DNA from: an uncultured virus (IMG/VR IMGVR_UViG_3300029705_004726)
Taxonomy: Duplodnaviria; Heunggongvirae; Uroviricota; Caudoviricetes
IMG/VR virus record: IMGVR_UViG_3300029705_004726
Reading direction: 5' to 3' (one strand)
Length of the DNA stretch: 64,000 nucleotides
Position 1 is the first letter of the stretch. Each line of letters starts with the position of its first letter. The notes beneath the pieces are model-generated. The model was not told where the DNA came from and searched no databases. It saw only the letters and a list, made by a program, of their open reading frames with translations. This document shows, piece after piece, positions 28,872 to 38,649 of this stretch. A program made the translations under genes and the position numbers.

Positions 28872-30192
28872 AAGTATTTTCCTCCTTCTTCACTCCAATG
28901 TCTTTTAATATAATATCTTTAACCATAGACATTTCTTCTTTAAAAGAATATGTTTTCCATGATGAGCCTCTTACGGTACAATTAACAATTCCTATTAGTC
29001 TTAATATAAAAGTAAAAGCATTGTATAGTGGAAATATAAATAAATATAAAATTTTTCTTCTATAATATTTTTTATCTTCTTTAAATTTAGATAAAAACAT
29101 ATTTACATTTATATATGTCAGAAACCCGACAAGAACATACAAAAAATAAATAATTATTGATGCAATAAATATTGTCTTAAGTGAATAATTATATATTAAT
29201 AAAGCAATTAATGCAAAATACCATATTAATTTAGGAAACGAAAAAGTATGGTCAAAAATAAGTGTTCTTAATGCGGGGTCTTTAAATATTTTTAATATTG
29301 TTAATCGTTTTTTGTAAAACATATTAAAAACTTCTAATTCTCCAATTTGCCATCTTTGTCTTTGAGTATATAATTTCCCCATATTATCAATAGGAGAAAC
29401 GTAAAATATTGCATCCTCACATAACTCAATCTTTTTGTTATTTTTTCTCATTTGAAATGTCATATGAGCATCTTCACAAATAGTGTCTGTGTTATATAAA
29501 AATGATTGAAGTAATGCTGATTTTCTAAATGCGGAAAAAGCTCCCGAAATAGTAAACAAACTGTTCTTTTCTGAGTGGTAATTTCTTCCAGCAAGAAAAG
29601 CATTGCAGTATTCTATAAATTCGAGTTTTCTTATTTGTCTTAAAAAGAAATTTTTTGTTTCATCAATTTCTTGTGCTTCTGTTAATATAACTCCAGTTAA
29701 ACAATAGCTATCGATGTTTCTTTCAAATTTTTTTACAATATTTTCAATTGCAAATTTATTGAATCGGCCGTCGCTGTCTACATTTATTATATATTTACCA
29801 CGGCTATTAAATATTGCCTTGTTTAATGCTCTTGATTTACCCTGATTTGAAAGAATGTAATACATATTTAAATCAGTAAATTCTTTCTGGCATTCTTTGA
29901 ATATTTCAAAGCTTCTATCTTTACTACCATTATCAACTAATATAATTGTAATTAATTCGCTATTATAGGTTGAGTCATTAATTGATTTAATACACTTTTT
30001 TAGTGTGTCGGCAGAATTATATACGGGTATGATAATTGTTATTTCGGGGTAATAAGTTATTGTCTTTAAAAATTTTGTCTTTAAAAATTTTTTTGATAGC
30101 AGTAAAAAGTTTCCGATAGATGGGATTATTTCAACAATCAACGGAACAACTATCCATGCTATCCAAAATAGAAATTCGCTGTTAATTGTCAT
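28831..30192 (-). CDS. GT2 glycosyltransferase, exosortase G-associated
   Basis: IIPVYN, DNGS.D, GKSRALN, DSD, CED, QRQRW motifs; TM helices. Confidence 0.9.
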   Translation of the reverse strand: MTINSEFLFWIAWIVVPLIVEIIPSIGNFLLLSKKFLKTKFLKTITYYPEITIIIPVYNSADTLKKCIKSINDSTYNSELITIILVDNGSKDRSFEIFKECQKEFTDLNMYYILSNQGKSRALNKAIFNSRGKYIINVDSDGRFNKFAIENIVKKFERNIDSYCLTGVILTEAQEIDETKNFFLRQIRKLEFIEYCNAFLAGRNYHSEKNSLFTISGAFSAFRKSALLQSFLYNTDTICEDAHMTFQMRKNNKKIELCEDAIFYVSPIDNMGKLYTQRQRWQIGELEVFNMFYKKRLTILKIFKDPALRTLIFDHTFSFPKLIWYFALIALLIYNYSLKTIFIASIIIYFLYVLVGFLTYINVNMFLSKFKEDKKYYRRKILYLFIFPLYNAFTFILRLIGIVNCTVRGSSWKTYSFKEEMSMVKDIILKDIGVKKEENTYEEYIEPWKNSNK

Positions 30193-30772
30193 AATTAAAT
30201 TTACCTACTTTCTGTTTTTTTATCTGAGAACGTGTAAATATATTAAAGTATAAAATTATGGTTAACACATAAAATACTATACGTCCAACAAATGAATGTG
30301 CAAGAGGATATAAATTCATACCACAATATTTTAATGTCACTAATATTAAGAGAATTCTTGCAACATTAAATAAGTATATAAATAAACATCCTTTTAGTGC
30401 ATTTAAAAATCGTCCTGTTTTTGAGAAAAGAGGGAAAAATAAAATCAAGCTTGTAAAAACACTTAGTTCAATTATTCCCGAACACTCAAGGTCTAAATAT
30501 AAAGACATTGAACCCCGAGGGTGTGTTACAAAAAATATACCCGAGCTTGGAAAAGCATCAAATATATTTAATAATTTACCAATAGTTCCTATTACATATG
30601 TTGTCCCTTGTATATAAGGTTGCATTATAAGTTCTACATTTGTAATTATTAAAAGGAAAAGCCCAACGGCACCAAAAATAAAGTAAAAGAAACCTAATTT
30701 TCCTCTTTTTAGCACAGATAATAAATATAGCCAGACAATTATTAATATTATATAAATTATAGTTCTGTTCAT
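30182..30772 (-). CDS. xrtG: Exosortase family protein XrtG
   Basis: ECSGIIE (catalytic Cys), N..R, H triad; multi-TM; TRSQI..QKVG.F.Y C-terminus. Confidence 0.85.
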   Translation of the reverse strand: MNRTIIYIILIIVWLYLLSVLKRGKLGFFYFIFGAVGLFLLIITNVELIMQPYIQGTTYVIGTIGKLLNIFDAFPSSGIFFVTHPRGSMSLYLDLECSGIIELSVFTSLILFFPLFSKTGRFLNALKGCLFIYLFNVARILLILVTLKYCGMNLYPLAHSFVGRIVFYVLTIILYFNIFTRSQIKKQKVGKFNYDN

Positions 30773-30792
30773 AGGTCTCCTTTCTTCATAAT

Positions 30793-31116
30793 TCATTTTC
30801 CTTCGGATTTTGTAATAATGTATGTTTGTGTTGGTTTATCACTTAATTCTAATTGTAATAAACCCTTTATTATACTTTCTAAGTCTATATATATATATTC
30901 TGTAATATTTTCAATAGTGGGTGAATTTAAAAAATCGTTTAAGTTTTTATTCTTAAATTTTTCTAAGTAGTTTTTGATTTTTTTTTCTGTTTCGCTTACC
31001 ATTGATTCATCATGTCGTATTGTTGCTACAACATCAAATGTATGTCCGTGTTCATCAGTTTTATCTTTATTATAAGAATGTGTGGCATTAAATCTAAAAT
31101 TGTATTTGTATAGCAT
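30793..31116 (-). CDS. Second QueD/PTPS-like protein
   Basis: F.FNATH...HGHTF...PTIEN...ELSD.PT. Confidence 0.8.
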   Translation of the reverse strand: MLYKYNFRFNATHSYNKDKTDEHGHTFDVVATIRHDESMVSETEKKIKNYLEKFKNKNLNDFLNSPTIENITEYIYIDLESIIKGLLQLELSDKPTQTYIITKSEGK

Positions 31117-31870
31117 TTTTTCTTTTTAAGAACAGATATGTTGTTATTACAACAATTCCTGTACAAATAATCATTAAAATATATGGGCCAGATGATGTTC
31201 CTGCCACCGCAACATCTCTGTACATTAAATTGGGGTTATAAAAAGATACAACTGATATATTGTCTGAGTTTATTGAACTGTTTTGTTGTTCTAAGCTTTT
31301 TATTGGAATAGCTATTTCTATTTCATTATTAACATTATTATCATTTGTTTTTAAATATGCTTTAGCACCTTCTACAGATGTTGATGATAAAGATGAGTTT
31401 GCGTGTTTTACAGCAACCTCATGAACGCCTGGTTCTAAATTATCAAGATTATTGGTAACAGTACCTCCTTCAAGAAATTCTATCTGAAAGGATGCCGTAT
31501 TACCGTCTACGGATAATTGATAATCTTCTCCATTAAAACCAGCTTCATAGTCTCTTGAAAAAACAATATGTAGATATACATTTTCACCATCGGTGTGCAT
31601 TTGTACTTTATGTCTTACATCCGTGCTATATTTACCTTGTTCTGTTTTATAACAAACACCGTCAACCCACACACCTTGATTCCAACAATTATCGGAATTA
31701 TCCCAGTTATATTCATAAGATGATGGAACAGAATTCCAGTCATCAAAATTTCCGTTTACATTTATATTATTGTTAGCTAAATTAAAGGTATTTGATGTTG
31801 CTGCATGAGCAGTTGTGGTATTTGATGTTATTAAAAACAAACATATTAAAAATACCAAAATTTTTTTCAT
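31094..31870 (-). CDS. Firmicu-CTERM sorting-domain protein (XrtG substrate)
   Basis: Signal peptide, I.V.G.FDDW, NPNL...AGTSSGP then TM and basic tail. Confidence 0.82.
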   Translation of the reverse strand: MKKILVFLICLFLITSNTTTAHAATSNTFNLANNNINVNGNFDDWNSVPSSYEYNWDNSDNCWNQGVWVDGVCYKTEQGKYSTDVRHKVQMHTDGENVYLHIVFSRDYEAGFNGEDYQLSVDGNTASFQIEFLEGGTVTNNLDNLEPGVHEVAVKHANSSLSSTSVEGAKAYLKTNDNNVNNEIEIAIPIKSLEQQNSSINSDNISVVSFYNPNLMYRDVAVAGTSSGPYILMIICTGIVVITTYLFLKRKNAIQIQF

Positions 31871-32256
31871 TATTTATACCTATATTCCTTTCTTGTTATT
31901 TTTACTTATAATAAGGGAATTATTCTAATTTTAGTATAACTTAACATCACAAAAAACACAATACCTTTATTAAAATTTGTTAAAATTGCACAAAAAAAAT
32001 GCCATGATGTGCATACGCATCACGACATTTTCTTTTTGCTACACATATTATTATGCTTCACATTACTAACAACACATTTATATAATATAACTTTTTTTGC
32101 TAAAAGTCAATTTTTTTTATACAAAATTGAAATAAATTTTTAAAAAAAATTTTTACTCTTTTTTGGCTTTATAATTTTATATAATAAATGCTATATTATA
32201 TTGACTGTTTTACATGTTTCATGTTATAATATTATTATATAAAGGAGGCGATAGAA

Positions 32257-33507
32257 ATGTCGAAAGTTTTAGAATTAGTGAAAAAAATCAAAAAAGATTA
32301 TATTGAAAAATTTGGAGATATTCAGTATTATTATAAGGATATGTCGTGTATTGAATATTGGGCGAGTAAGTTAAATAATGAAGAGTATGACAGGATTTTA
32401 AGCATGCTTAATATTAGACAGTATGGTGACTATGTTATTTTTAAGTACATTAAGATTGAAGTATTGTTTTCTAGAGATGAGAGTATAACTTACTCAAAGT
32501 TCTGGAATCTTTATGATGGAATTTTTAGAGAATGCAGAGGAATTACTATTGATGTTGTTAATAATGAAGTGGTAGCTCTTCCATTTGATAAATTTTTCAA
32601 TATTAATGAGTGTGAAGAAAATAATGAAAAGAATATTCGTAATATGGTAAAGAATGCTAAATATGTAGAGTTTTCTAATAAATTAGATGGTTCTTTGATT
32701 ATATCTAGATATTATAGAGATGATATTTGGCTTTCATCTTCTAGTTATGCGGGAGATGGTTCTCCTATTATTCGATTTGCAAGAAAGTGTATGGATGATA
32801 ACTATAAAAAATTGTTAATGGATTATTCTGATTACACTTGTATGTTTGAAAGTATTTTTAGTGGAGACCCTCATATCGTTGTATATTCTCAAAGAGAATT
32901 CGGTCTATATTTAATTGGTATGAGAAATGTTAAAACTGGTGAGTTAAAGAGATATTCCGAGGTTATTGAAATTGCTCAAAGATATAATGTAAAATCTACT
33001 GAGCAGTATTTAGTATCCTTAGATTATATTCTTGATACAAAGTCTCACTATAAAGCGTCTCAAAAAGAGGGCTTTGTTATGAATATTGATGGATATCTCG
33101 TTAAAATTAAATGCGATGATTATATTTTATTTCATCGGATGGCTGAGTCTAATTGTAGTAAGAATACTATTATTAAGGCTCTCTATTATGATAGGATTGA
33201 TGATTTAAGGTCATCTATTCCCGAACCGTTTATTGAAAAATTTGATGAAGATATGGGGGTTATTCGTACCTATTGCAATTTGATGGATATTCATGTTAAT
33301 AAATATTTAGAAAATGCTCCAAAAGATAAAGTTGAATTTTTTAATTGGGTTAAATCTGTTCCTAAATTTCTCAGAAATTATGTTATTAATAAATATTTAG
33401 GAAAGAATTTTTCATATTTATCTTATAATGATGTTGTTGATAATGTTAAATTTGTAAAGTTTAAGGAAATGGAAGAATTTATTGAAAAATTAAAAGATTT
33501 GAAATAA
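32257..33507 (+). CDS. T4 Rnl1-like RNA ligase
   Basis: RECRG, PFDKFFNINE, KLDGS (motif I), FE, EGFV (motif IV), VKIK (motif V). Confidence 0.9.
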   Translation: MSKVLELVKKIKKDYIEKFGDIQYYYKDMSCIEYWASKLNNEEYDRILSMLNIRQYGDYVIFKYIKIEVLFSRDESITYSKFWNLYDGIFRECRGITIDVVNNEVVALPFDKFFNINECEENNEKNIRNMVKNAKYVEFSNKLDGSLIISRYYRDDIWLSSSSYAGDGSPIIRFARKCMDDNYKKLLMDYSDYTCMFESIFSGDPHIVVYSQREFGLYLIGMRNVKTGELKRYSEVIEIAQRYNVKSTEQYLVSLDYILDTKSHYKASQKEGFVMNIDGYLVKIKCDDYILFHRMAESNCSKNTIIKALYYDRIDDLRSSIPEPFIEKFDEDMGVIRTYCNLMDIHVNKYLENAPKDKVEFFNWVKSVPKFLRNYVINKYLGKNFSYLSYNDVVDNVKFVKFKEMEEFIEKLKDLK

Positions 33508-33518
33508 GGAGAAATCTT

Positions 33519-33929
33519 ATGCAAAAGATATTAATTGTTAGTCCTAAATATGGGATGAACTCAACAATGGCTGTATGCTTTTGGTGTGGTAACGATAAGG
33601 GACACTATCAATTAGGAAGACTTAATGACAATGATGATAAAGCGCCAAAACGCATGGTTGTTGATTATGAAATGTGTGATGATTGTAAAAAAGATGCAAA
33701 AGATAAAATACATGTAATTAAAGTCTGCTGCATTTCTCGTGATGACATGTTACCAATAATTAAGGATGTTAATGGAAACAATCTTTATCCAGACAGTTCT
33801 GTATTAGTAGATAGAGAATTGATAAAAGAATTAGTACATGATGAACGCCTTCTTGATGATATCTTGTCATCTGGCAGATATTATATTAATGAACATGATG
33901 AGGCATATTGTTTATTTAAAGAAAAATAA
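33519..33929 (+). CDS. Hypothetical zinc-binding protein
   Basis: SPKYG.N....CFWCG...C..C. Confidence 0.7.
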   Translation: MQKILIVSPKYGMNSTMAVCFWCGNDKGHYQLGRLNDNDDKAPKRMVVDYEMCDDCKKDAKDKIHVIKVCCISRDDMLPIIKDVNGNNLYPDSSVLVDRELIKELVHDERLLDDILSSGRYYINEHDEAYCLFKEK

Positions 33930-33974
33930 AAAATAACCCTCCCGCTCATATTGAGCGAGGGGGTCTTTTTGTTG

Positions 33975-34898
33975 TTAATCAGCAATCCAGTCAAATCGGA
34001 TTTGTCCATTAGGCAGAACAATACAGGCTCTTGTTAAGTGAGATTCATCAGAAAATCTTTCCTTATAATACTCAAGCTGTCGCATGGATGAAAAAGAAAA
34101 TCTAACCACTTTTTCGCCCTTATATAAATATTCTTCATACCAGTAATAATCCCCAATTTTTTGCTGAACAAATTTGAAATCATCGTCGGTTTCAATTGCT
34201 CTAAACAAATCTCTCCATTCAATAGAAGACGCTGTTGATGTTTCGGATGGAAATCGAACCGAAAATCTTTTTTGACTAAAAGAGTTAAGAAAATCTTTTA
34301 ACTCGGAAGCATCTGCTAGTTGAACAACAGACTGAATTGTTGCATGCTTAAGAGAATCATCATTCCAATAATCTTTTCGCAATAAACCAAAGATTTCATT
34401 ATTTTTTGCTCGGTTATTGCTATGAACTGATAAATTAACCCGCTCAAAAGTTTGAAATAATTCTCTACTTTCGGTATTAAGCACACCTGCGGTGTTAATA
34501 TTGCAGATAATCCCCATATCATCAAGCATGTTTTTAATATCGGCAACATAGTGACAGAACAGTGTCGGTTCCCCGCCCGTAATACTAACAGTTGGTTCAA
34601 TACCGTTTGAAACCAATTCTTCAAGGAGCTTTTTTAAGTTTTCCTTTTGAAGTATTTCATTTCTGTCCTCTTTTCCTACTGCATTAATTTTTTCAATACA
34701 GAACGGACAATCAAACGGACATTTTTTTGTTACCATAAGTTGAACATTTAATCTACGGTATAATGCACCGTATTGTTGCCCTTCCCAGCTAAATAAGCGA
34801 ACATTATTTTTTGAATAATAGTTGTATTCGTTCGCAAAAAAATAACTGATTGTTGAGAGGGTATGTTCTAGTCTTTCCTCTTTTTTGTAAATTCTCAT
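33975..34898 (-). CDS. Radical SAM protein
   Basis: CPFDCPFC, ITGGEPT, INT, NLSVH; ATGA overlap with the upstream ORF. Confidence 0.9.
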   Translation of the reverse strand: MRIYKKEERLEHTLSTISYFFANEYNYYSKNNVRLFSWEGQQYGALYRRLNVQLMVTKKCPFDCPFCIEKINAVGKEDRNEILQKENLKKLLEELVSNGIEPTVSITGGEPTLFCHYVADIKNMLDDMGIICNINTAGVLNTESRELFQTFERVNLSVHSNNRAKNNEIFGLLRKDYWNDDSLKHATIQSVVQLADASELKDFLNSFSQKRFSVRFPSETSTASSIEWRDLFRAIETDDDFKFVQQKIGDYYWYEEYLYKGEKVVRFSFSSMRQLEYYKERFSDESHLTRACIVLPNGQIRFDWIAD

Positions 34899-35197
34899 GC
34901 AGCACCTCCATTTGTGATTGCAGTTATTGCTTTTTTCAAAAATTCTTTTGTTAAAGATGTGCAACTGGACATATAAACAGCCACTTGGGGAGAAGGTATG
35001 TCGGTTAAAACAGGATTACCTACTTTCATATAGGAAATCTTGTAATTTTGATTATTAACCATATTTCTAAAAATATCTTCTGCGTGACTGCTAGAATCGG
35101 CAAGAACAGATATCCATACTTTGCCGCCCAGTTTTAAGCCCCCGTTATGCACAACATCTGCAACGCAATCGTAGTAACTTTGTCTCTTTTGTTTCAT
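34895..35197 (-). CDS. Hypothetical protein coupled to the radical SAM gene
   Basis: GGAGG RBS; stop overlaps the radical SAM start. Confidence 0.7.
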   Translation of the reverse strand: MKQKRQSYYDCVADVVHNGGLKLGGKVWISVLADSSSHAEDIFRNMVNNQNYKISYMKVGNPVLTDIPSPQVAVYMSSCTSLTKEFLKKAITAITNGGAA

Positions 35198-35411
35198 TGT
35201 ACAACCTCCTTCTAAAAATGTTATAAAAATAACTTCCTTAAACAAATTATATCATATTAAAAAAAAATGAGTGTCCTTTTAAAGACACTCATAGACATTT
35301 TTGTTGTTTCCTTATGGTTAAGTTAGATACTGTTGGCTCAACGTCTAAACCAACGTGAAGACCTCCACTTGCATTTGGTATCACTCACGCAAGATTCATC
35401 AGCCAATATGA

Positions 35412-35708
35412 TTAGGCTATTCGTTTATTACACATTAGAACGAATTTTACCATTAATCCGCTTATTGTTGGCATGCGATTTAGCATCTGAGAAACATCAT
35501 CAGCTCCCCAATATACTAAATACTTCACAAGAAAGTACATAATATTTGACTTCTTTATATACCTTTTTTTAAGTTGCATTTTTGAATTGGCAGATTCAAT
35601 TGGCATTTTTTCTAATGCCGTGTAAACATCTTCTCTGCCCCAATATGCCAAATTATTAAGTAAATAAGGCATAACATCATTCACTTTTACATACCCGTCG
35701 TTTTTCAT
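35412..35708 (-). CDS. Hypothetical protein with internal duplication
   Basis: Two copies of Y.L...L.YWG..DV...L..MP. Confidence 0.65.
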   Translation of the reverse strand: MKNDGYVKVNDVMPYLLNNLAYWGREDVYTALEKMPIESANSKMQLKKRYIKKSNIMYFLVKYLVYWGADDVSQMLNRMPTISGLMVKFVLMCNKRIA

Positions 35709-35818
35709 ATCCTCACCTCTTTCTTAAGTATTCAACTTGTATAATAATTATAACTTAATTTTAGAAGTAATGCAATACAGGCAAAAGCCCTTACTATGTC
35801 GAACATTATAAGGGCTTT

Positions 35819-37651
35819 TTACCAACGATACAAATTAAAAACCAAATTTTTTTCATCTGCCCACTCTTCAATAAAGTTCTCTTCATCACAGTTAATATCT
35901 CTGTTATATTTACCCCTAACCTGACAAATTCTGTTACCGACTACTTCAATTGTAACCAAAGGCAATGATTTGCTGGCTTGATTTCTTAAAAAGTATATCT
36001 TTGTATCCCCCTCGGAGACACGCTGAATATAGCTTCTTACGCAGTGATGAAGTTTTTTAGATTCTTCAACAAGGTCATCAGATTTTCTCGGAGCAAGTAT
36101 ACAATAAGTTTGTCCATTCGGAATATAAATATTTTCAGTATATTCCTTTTCTTCTACTCTTTCTTTGAAGTACTTGTTGTTTTTTGCCTCTTTCATTTGA
36201 TTAACAATATTAACCATAACATCATGTTCATACTTTAAATTTTTAGGGAATAAGCCTCCGCTATACCATTTTACATTAAAGCACATGTTTAAGTAGTCTC
36301 TATATAGATTAGTATCACCAATTTTAGATTTTCTTAAATAATTGATGTACTTCTTTATTGTTGATACACTTGTATTATTTTTAAGTCTGTCTTCAATAAA
36401 TCTAAATATTTCAACGTCAATATCATCAATTGAAAAGATGCTTTCATCGATATCAATCATATACTTAATTTTATTGATAACACTACTTAAAAAGTCATCA
36501 GTATTGAAATAAAGCTTACTGGTTAATGAATTGTATTGCATTCTTTCAAATTTTTTATAGTAAGAAAAGAAGCTGTCGCAAAAAGCATTAAACTTGTTCA
36601 GCTTAAACCCAAAAATTTCTTGAGCGTTTCTGCCAAATAAATTGATAGCATTATGCATGTGATTATAAATGTCTTCTTTAAGACGTGCAAAATAATACTG
36701 GTCTAAAAGTAAATCGGCAATTTTAGAGTAACCAGCCTTTGCAAGAATCTCAAATGCAGGAATGAAGGTCTTTGAAAAGAAATACTGGTAATAATAAGAG
36801 CCGTTGTAGTTGTTAAGCATAAGACCAGCTTTCATTTTTCTCATATTTGAATCAAAAATTAATCCAAAAGTGTTTGGCTTTACCAATACCTCTAAATCAC
36901 CATCATCAGGAGAATAAGCGTAATCTTCTGTAATAAAGAATCGATTTTTGTTTTCAATGTTCAATACCCCATCAGTTACAGTGCCACTTGCCACTGTAAT
37001 ATCAAAGAATGGTTCATTGTTAATGAAAATCTCTCTCTGATATGCAAAATTTATATACTGACCATTAAAGGCTTTTCCAATGTTTCTGTTAAATTTTACA
37101 AGGGGAATATCAAACAGACAGGTATTGTATTCTTTTTGGTTAACCTTTTTTAATTTCATATACTGCTTAAAAAACAAAAAGGCATTAGGCTGTAACTGAG
37201 TTGTAAAAATTCTTCTAACGTTTTTCATTGTAAAGTCATTAAGAGCAAACATATTTACATTGAACTCATTATATTTACTATTGCATAAATTTGTTGCAAA
37301 ATATTCGTGCCAAAAATCAATGTCACAGCTACCGTTTTCGATAATACCAACAACATTCTTTTTTATGGTTGCCCTGTATTCTTCTTTCCAATTGATTGCA
37401 TTTTCAGAAGTAGAGGAATAAACACACAAACATACAGTGTCCGCATCAGTAATAACATCAAACGCATAAAAAGTATGGTCGTATACAATGTAAGGAAATA
37501 GTGTGATATTGTATCTTTTATTAAATTTATCTCTTAAAGCTCTGAATTTTGAGCTAGAAATGTTTTCATATACTTCACTGATGATATCAACTTCTGCATT
37601 ATTGTACGTATTGTAATATTTTCCTTCCTTTTCATAAATATACTGATACAT
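35819..37651 (-). CDS. PcfJ-domain protein (paralog 1)
   Basis: C-terminal Y.DY..M...P..L...HD, ES..LHHCV.SY...IYFLR...TIEV...Q.RG.YN. Confidence 0.82.
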   Translation of the reverse strand: MYQYIYEKEGKYYNTYNNAEVDIISEVYENISSSKFRALRDKFNKRYNITLFPYIVYDHTFYAFDVITDADTVCLCVYSSTSENAINWKEEYRATIKKNVVGIIENGSCDIDFWHEYFATNLCNSKYNEFNVNMFALNDFTMKNVRRIFTTQLQPNAFLFFKQYMKLKKVNQKEYNTCLFDIPLVKFNRNIGKAFNGQYINFAYQREIFINNEPFFDITVASGTVTDGVLNIENKNRFFITEDYAYSPDDGDLEVLVKPNTFGLIFDSNMRKMKAGLMLNNYNGSYYYQYFFSKTFIPAFEILAKAGYSKIADLLLDQYYFARLKEDIYNHMHNAINLFGRNAQEIFGFKLNKFNAFCDSFFSYYKKFERMQYNSLTSKLYFNTDDFLSSVINKIKYMIDIDESIFSIDDIDVEIFRFIEDRLKNNTSVSTIKKYINYLRKSKIGDTNLYRDYLNMCFNVKWYSGGLFPKNLKYEHDVMVNIVNQMKEAKNNKYFKERVEEKEYTENIYIPNGQTYCILAPRKSDDLVEESKKLHHCVRSYIQRVSEGDTKIYFLRNQASKSLPLVTIEVVGNRICQVRGKYNRDINCDEENFIEEWADEKNLVFNLYRW

Positions 37652-37671
37652 TGTATCCCTCCTTTCTAAAA

Positions 37672-38058
37672 TTATTTTCCAATACTAATACTTTCTCCAT
37701 ATTTAACGCTGTTTGCGGGAATATATACATGTATTTTATCCGCATTAACGGTGTTTATATCTTTAATATATACATAAGGTTTTTCATTAGTATATGTAAT
37801 TTCTATATCTCCGTTAAGGGTTTGAACGCTATTATTAAAGTATAACGTAATTACTTCATAATTGTTAGATGGCGTTCTAGAATGTGTGGTGTGATATCGT
37901 GCGTATACCCCGTCTTCAATCGGTGCTAAATCATATATATTTTCTGTGTATTGATTTGCATAATAAATACCGAAGCAGATAATGCCTGTTAAAACAATTA
38001 CGGCTAACACATTTTTTACAATTGTTTTTACACTTAATTTTTCTTTTTTTTCTTTCAT
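37672..38058 (-). CDS. Hypothetical membrane-anchored protein
   Basis: N-terminal TM; GGAGG RBS. Confidence 0.68.
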   Translation of the reverse strand: MKEKKEKLSVKTIVKNVLAVIVLTGIICFGIYYANQYTENIYDLAPIEDGVYARYHTTHSRTPSNNYEVITLYFNNSVQTLNGDIEITYTNEKPYVYIKDINTVNADKIHVYIPANSVKYGESISIGK

Positions 38059-38082
38059 CGTGTGTCCTCCTCTAATATTTGT

Positions 38083-38283
38083 TTATCTTTCATTATGAAT
38101 GGTTGCGCCAAACCTATTCCCGCATACGCATCTAAGTTCTAATGTTATTCTTAAATTGCAATCCGTTGGTGTTTTATTTTCGTAATGGTGGGTAGGTACT
38201 AAACGTCCTTCTTTTCCACAGTTACAACAAACAATCTTAAATCCATTTTTATTTCCATATTCATCTGTCCCAAAACTTTTCAT
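38083..38283 (-). CDS. Small zinc-ribbon protein
   Basis: C.NCG...C.CGN; AGGAGG RBS. Confidence 0.65.
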   Translation of the reverse strand: MKSFGTDEYGNKNGFKIVCCNCGKEGRLVPTHHYENKTPTDCNLRITLELRCVCGNRFGATIHNER

Positions 38284-38458
38284 AGTGTGTACCTCCTTTA
38301 ATATTGTAGTTATATTGTACCACATTTTATGTTATTTGTCTATATGAAATTTGTGATAAAATTGGGTTTTTCTTAATTATTATAGTAGACAAAATTGATG
38401 ATTTGTGATAATATAAATATAGAATAAATTAACATTTTATTATAAGGAGTGAGGCAAT

Positions 38459-38617
38459 ATGACTTACAGAGAGGCAAAAAAATTACATAATGAAGATGAA
38501 GTTACTTTAAAGGAAACGGGTGAAGTAATGACGGTAGTTGAAACAACTATTACCGAAAAAACAGTATATGTAATGTGTAATGATGGTAATCAATATTTAC
38601 ACAAAGAAATTAAGTAG
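38459..38617 (+). CDS. Small hypothetical protein (52 aa)
   Basis: Hand-translated MTYREAKKLHNEDEV...; GAGG RBS. Confidence 0.6.
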   Translation: MTYREAKKLHNEDEVTLKETGEVMTVVETTITEKTVYVMCNDGNQYLHKEIK

Positions 38618-38649
38618 AATATCTATTAAATAAAAGGAGGAAAAAAATT

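Noticed and set aside
28434..31116. Queuosine or 7-deazaguanine DNA-modification pathway suggested by two QueD-like genes
   Set aside because: No folE, queC or dpdA nearby, and the context matches the exosortase G cassette.
35340..35406. Hammerhead ribozyme suggested by CTGATGA on the minus strand
   Set aside because: The required GAAA core after stem II is absent.
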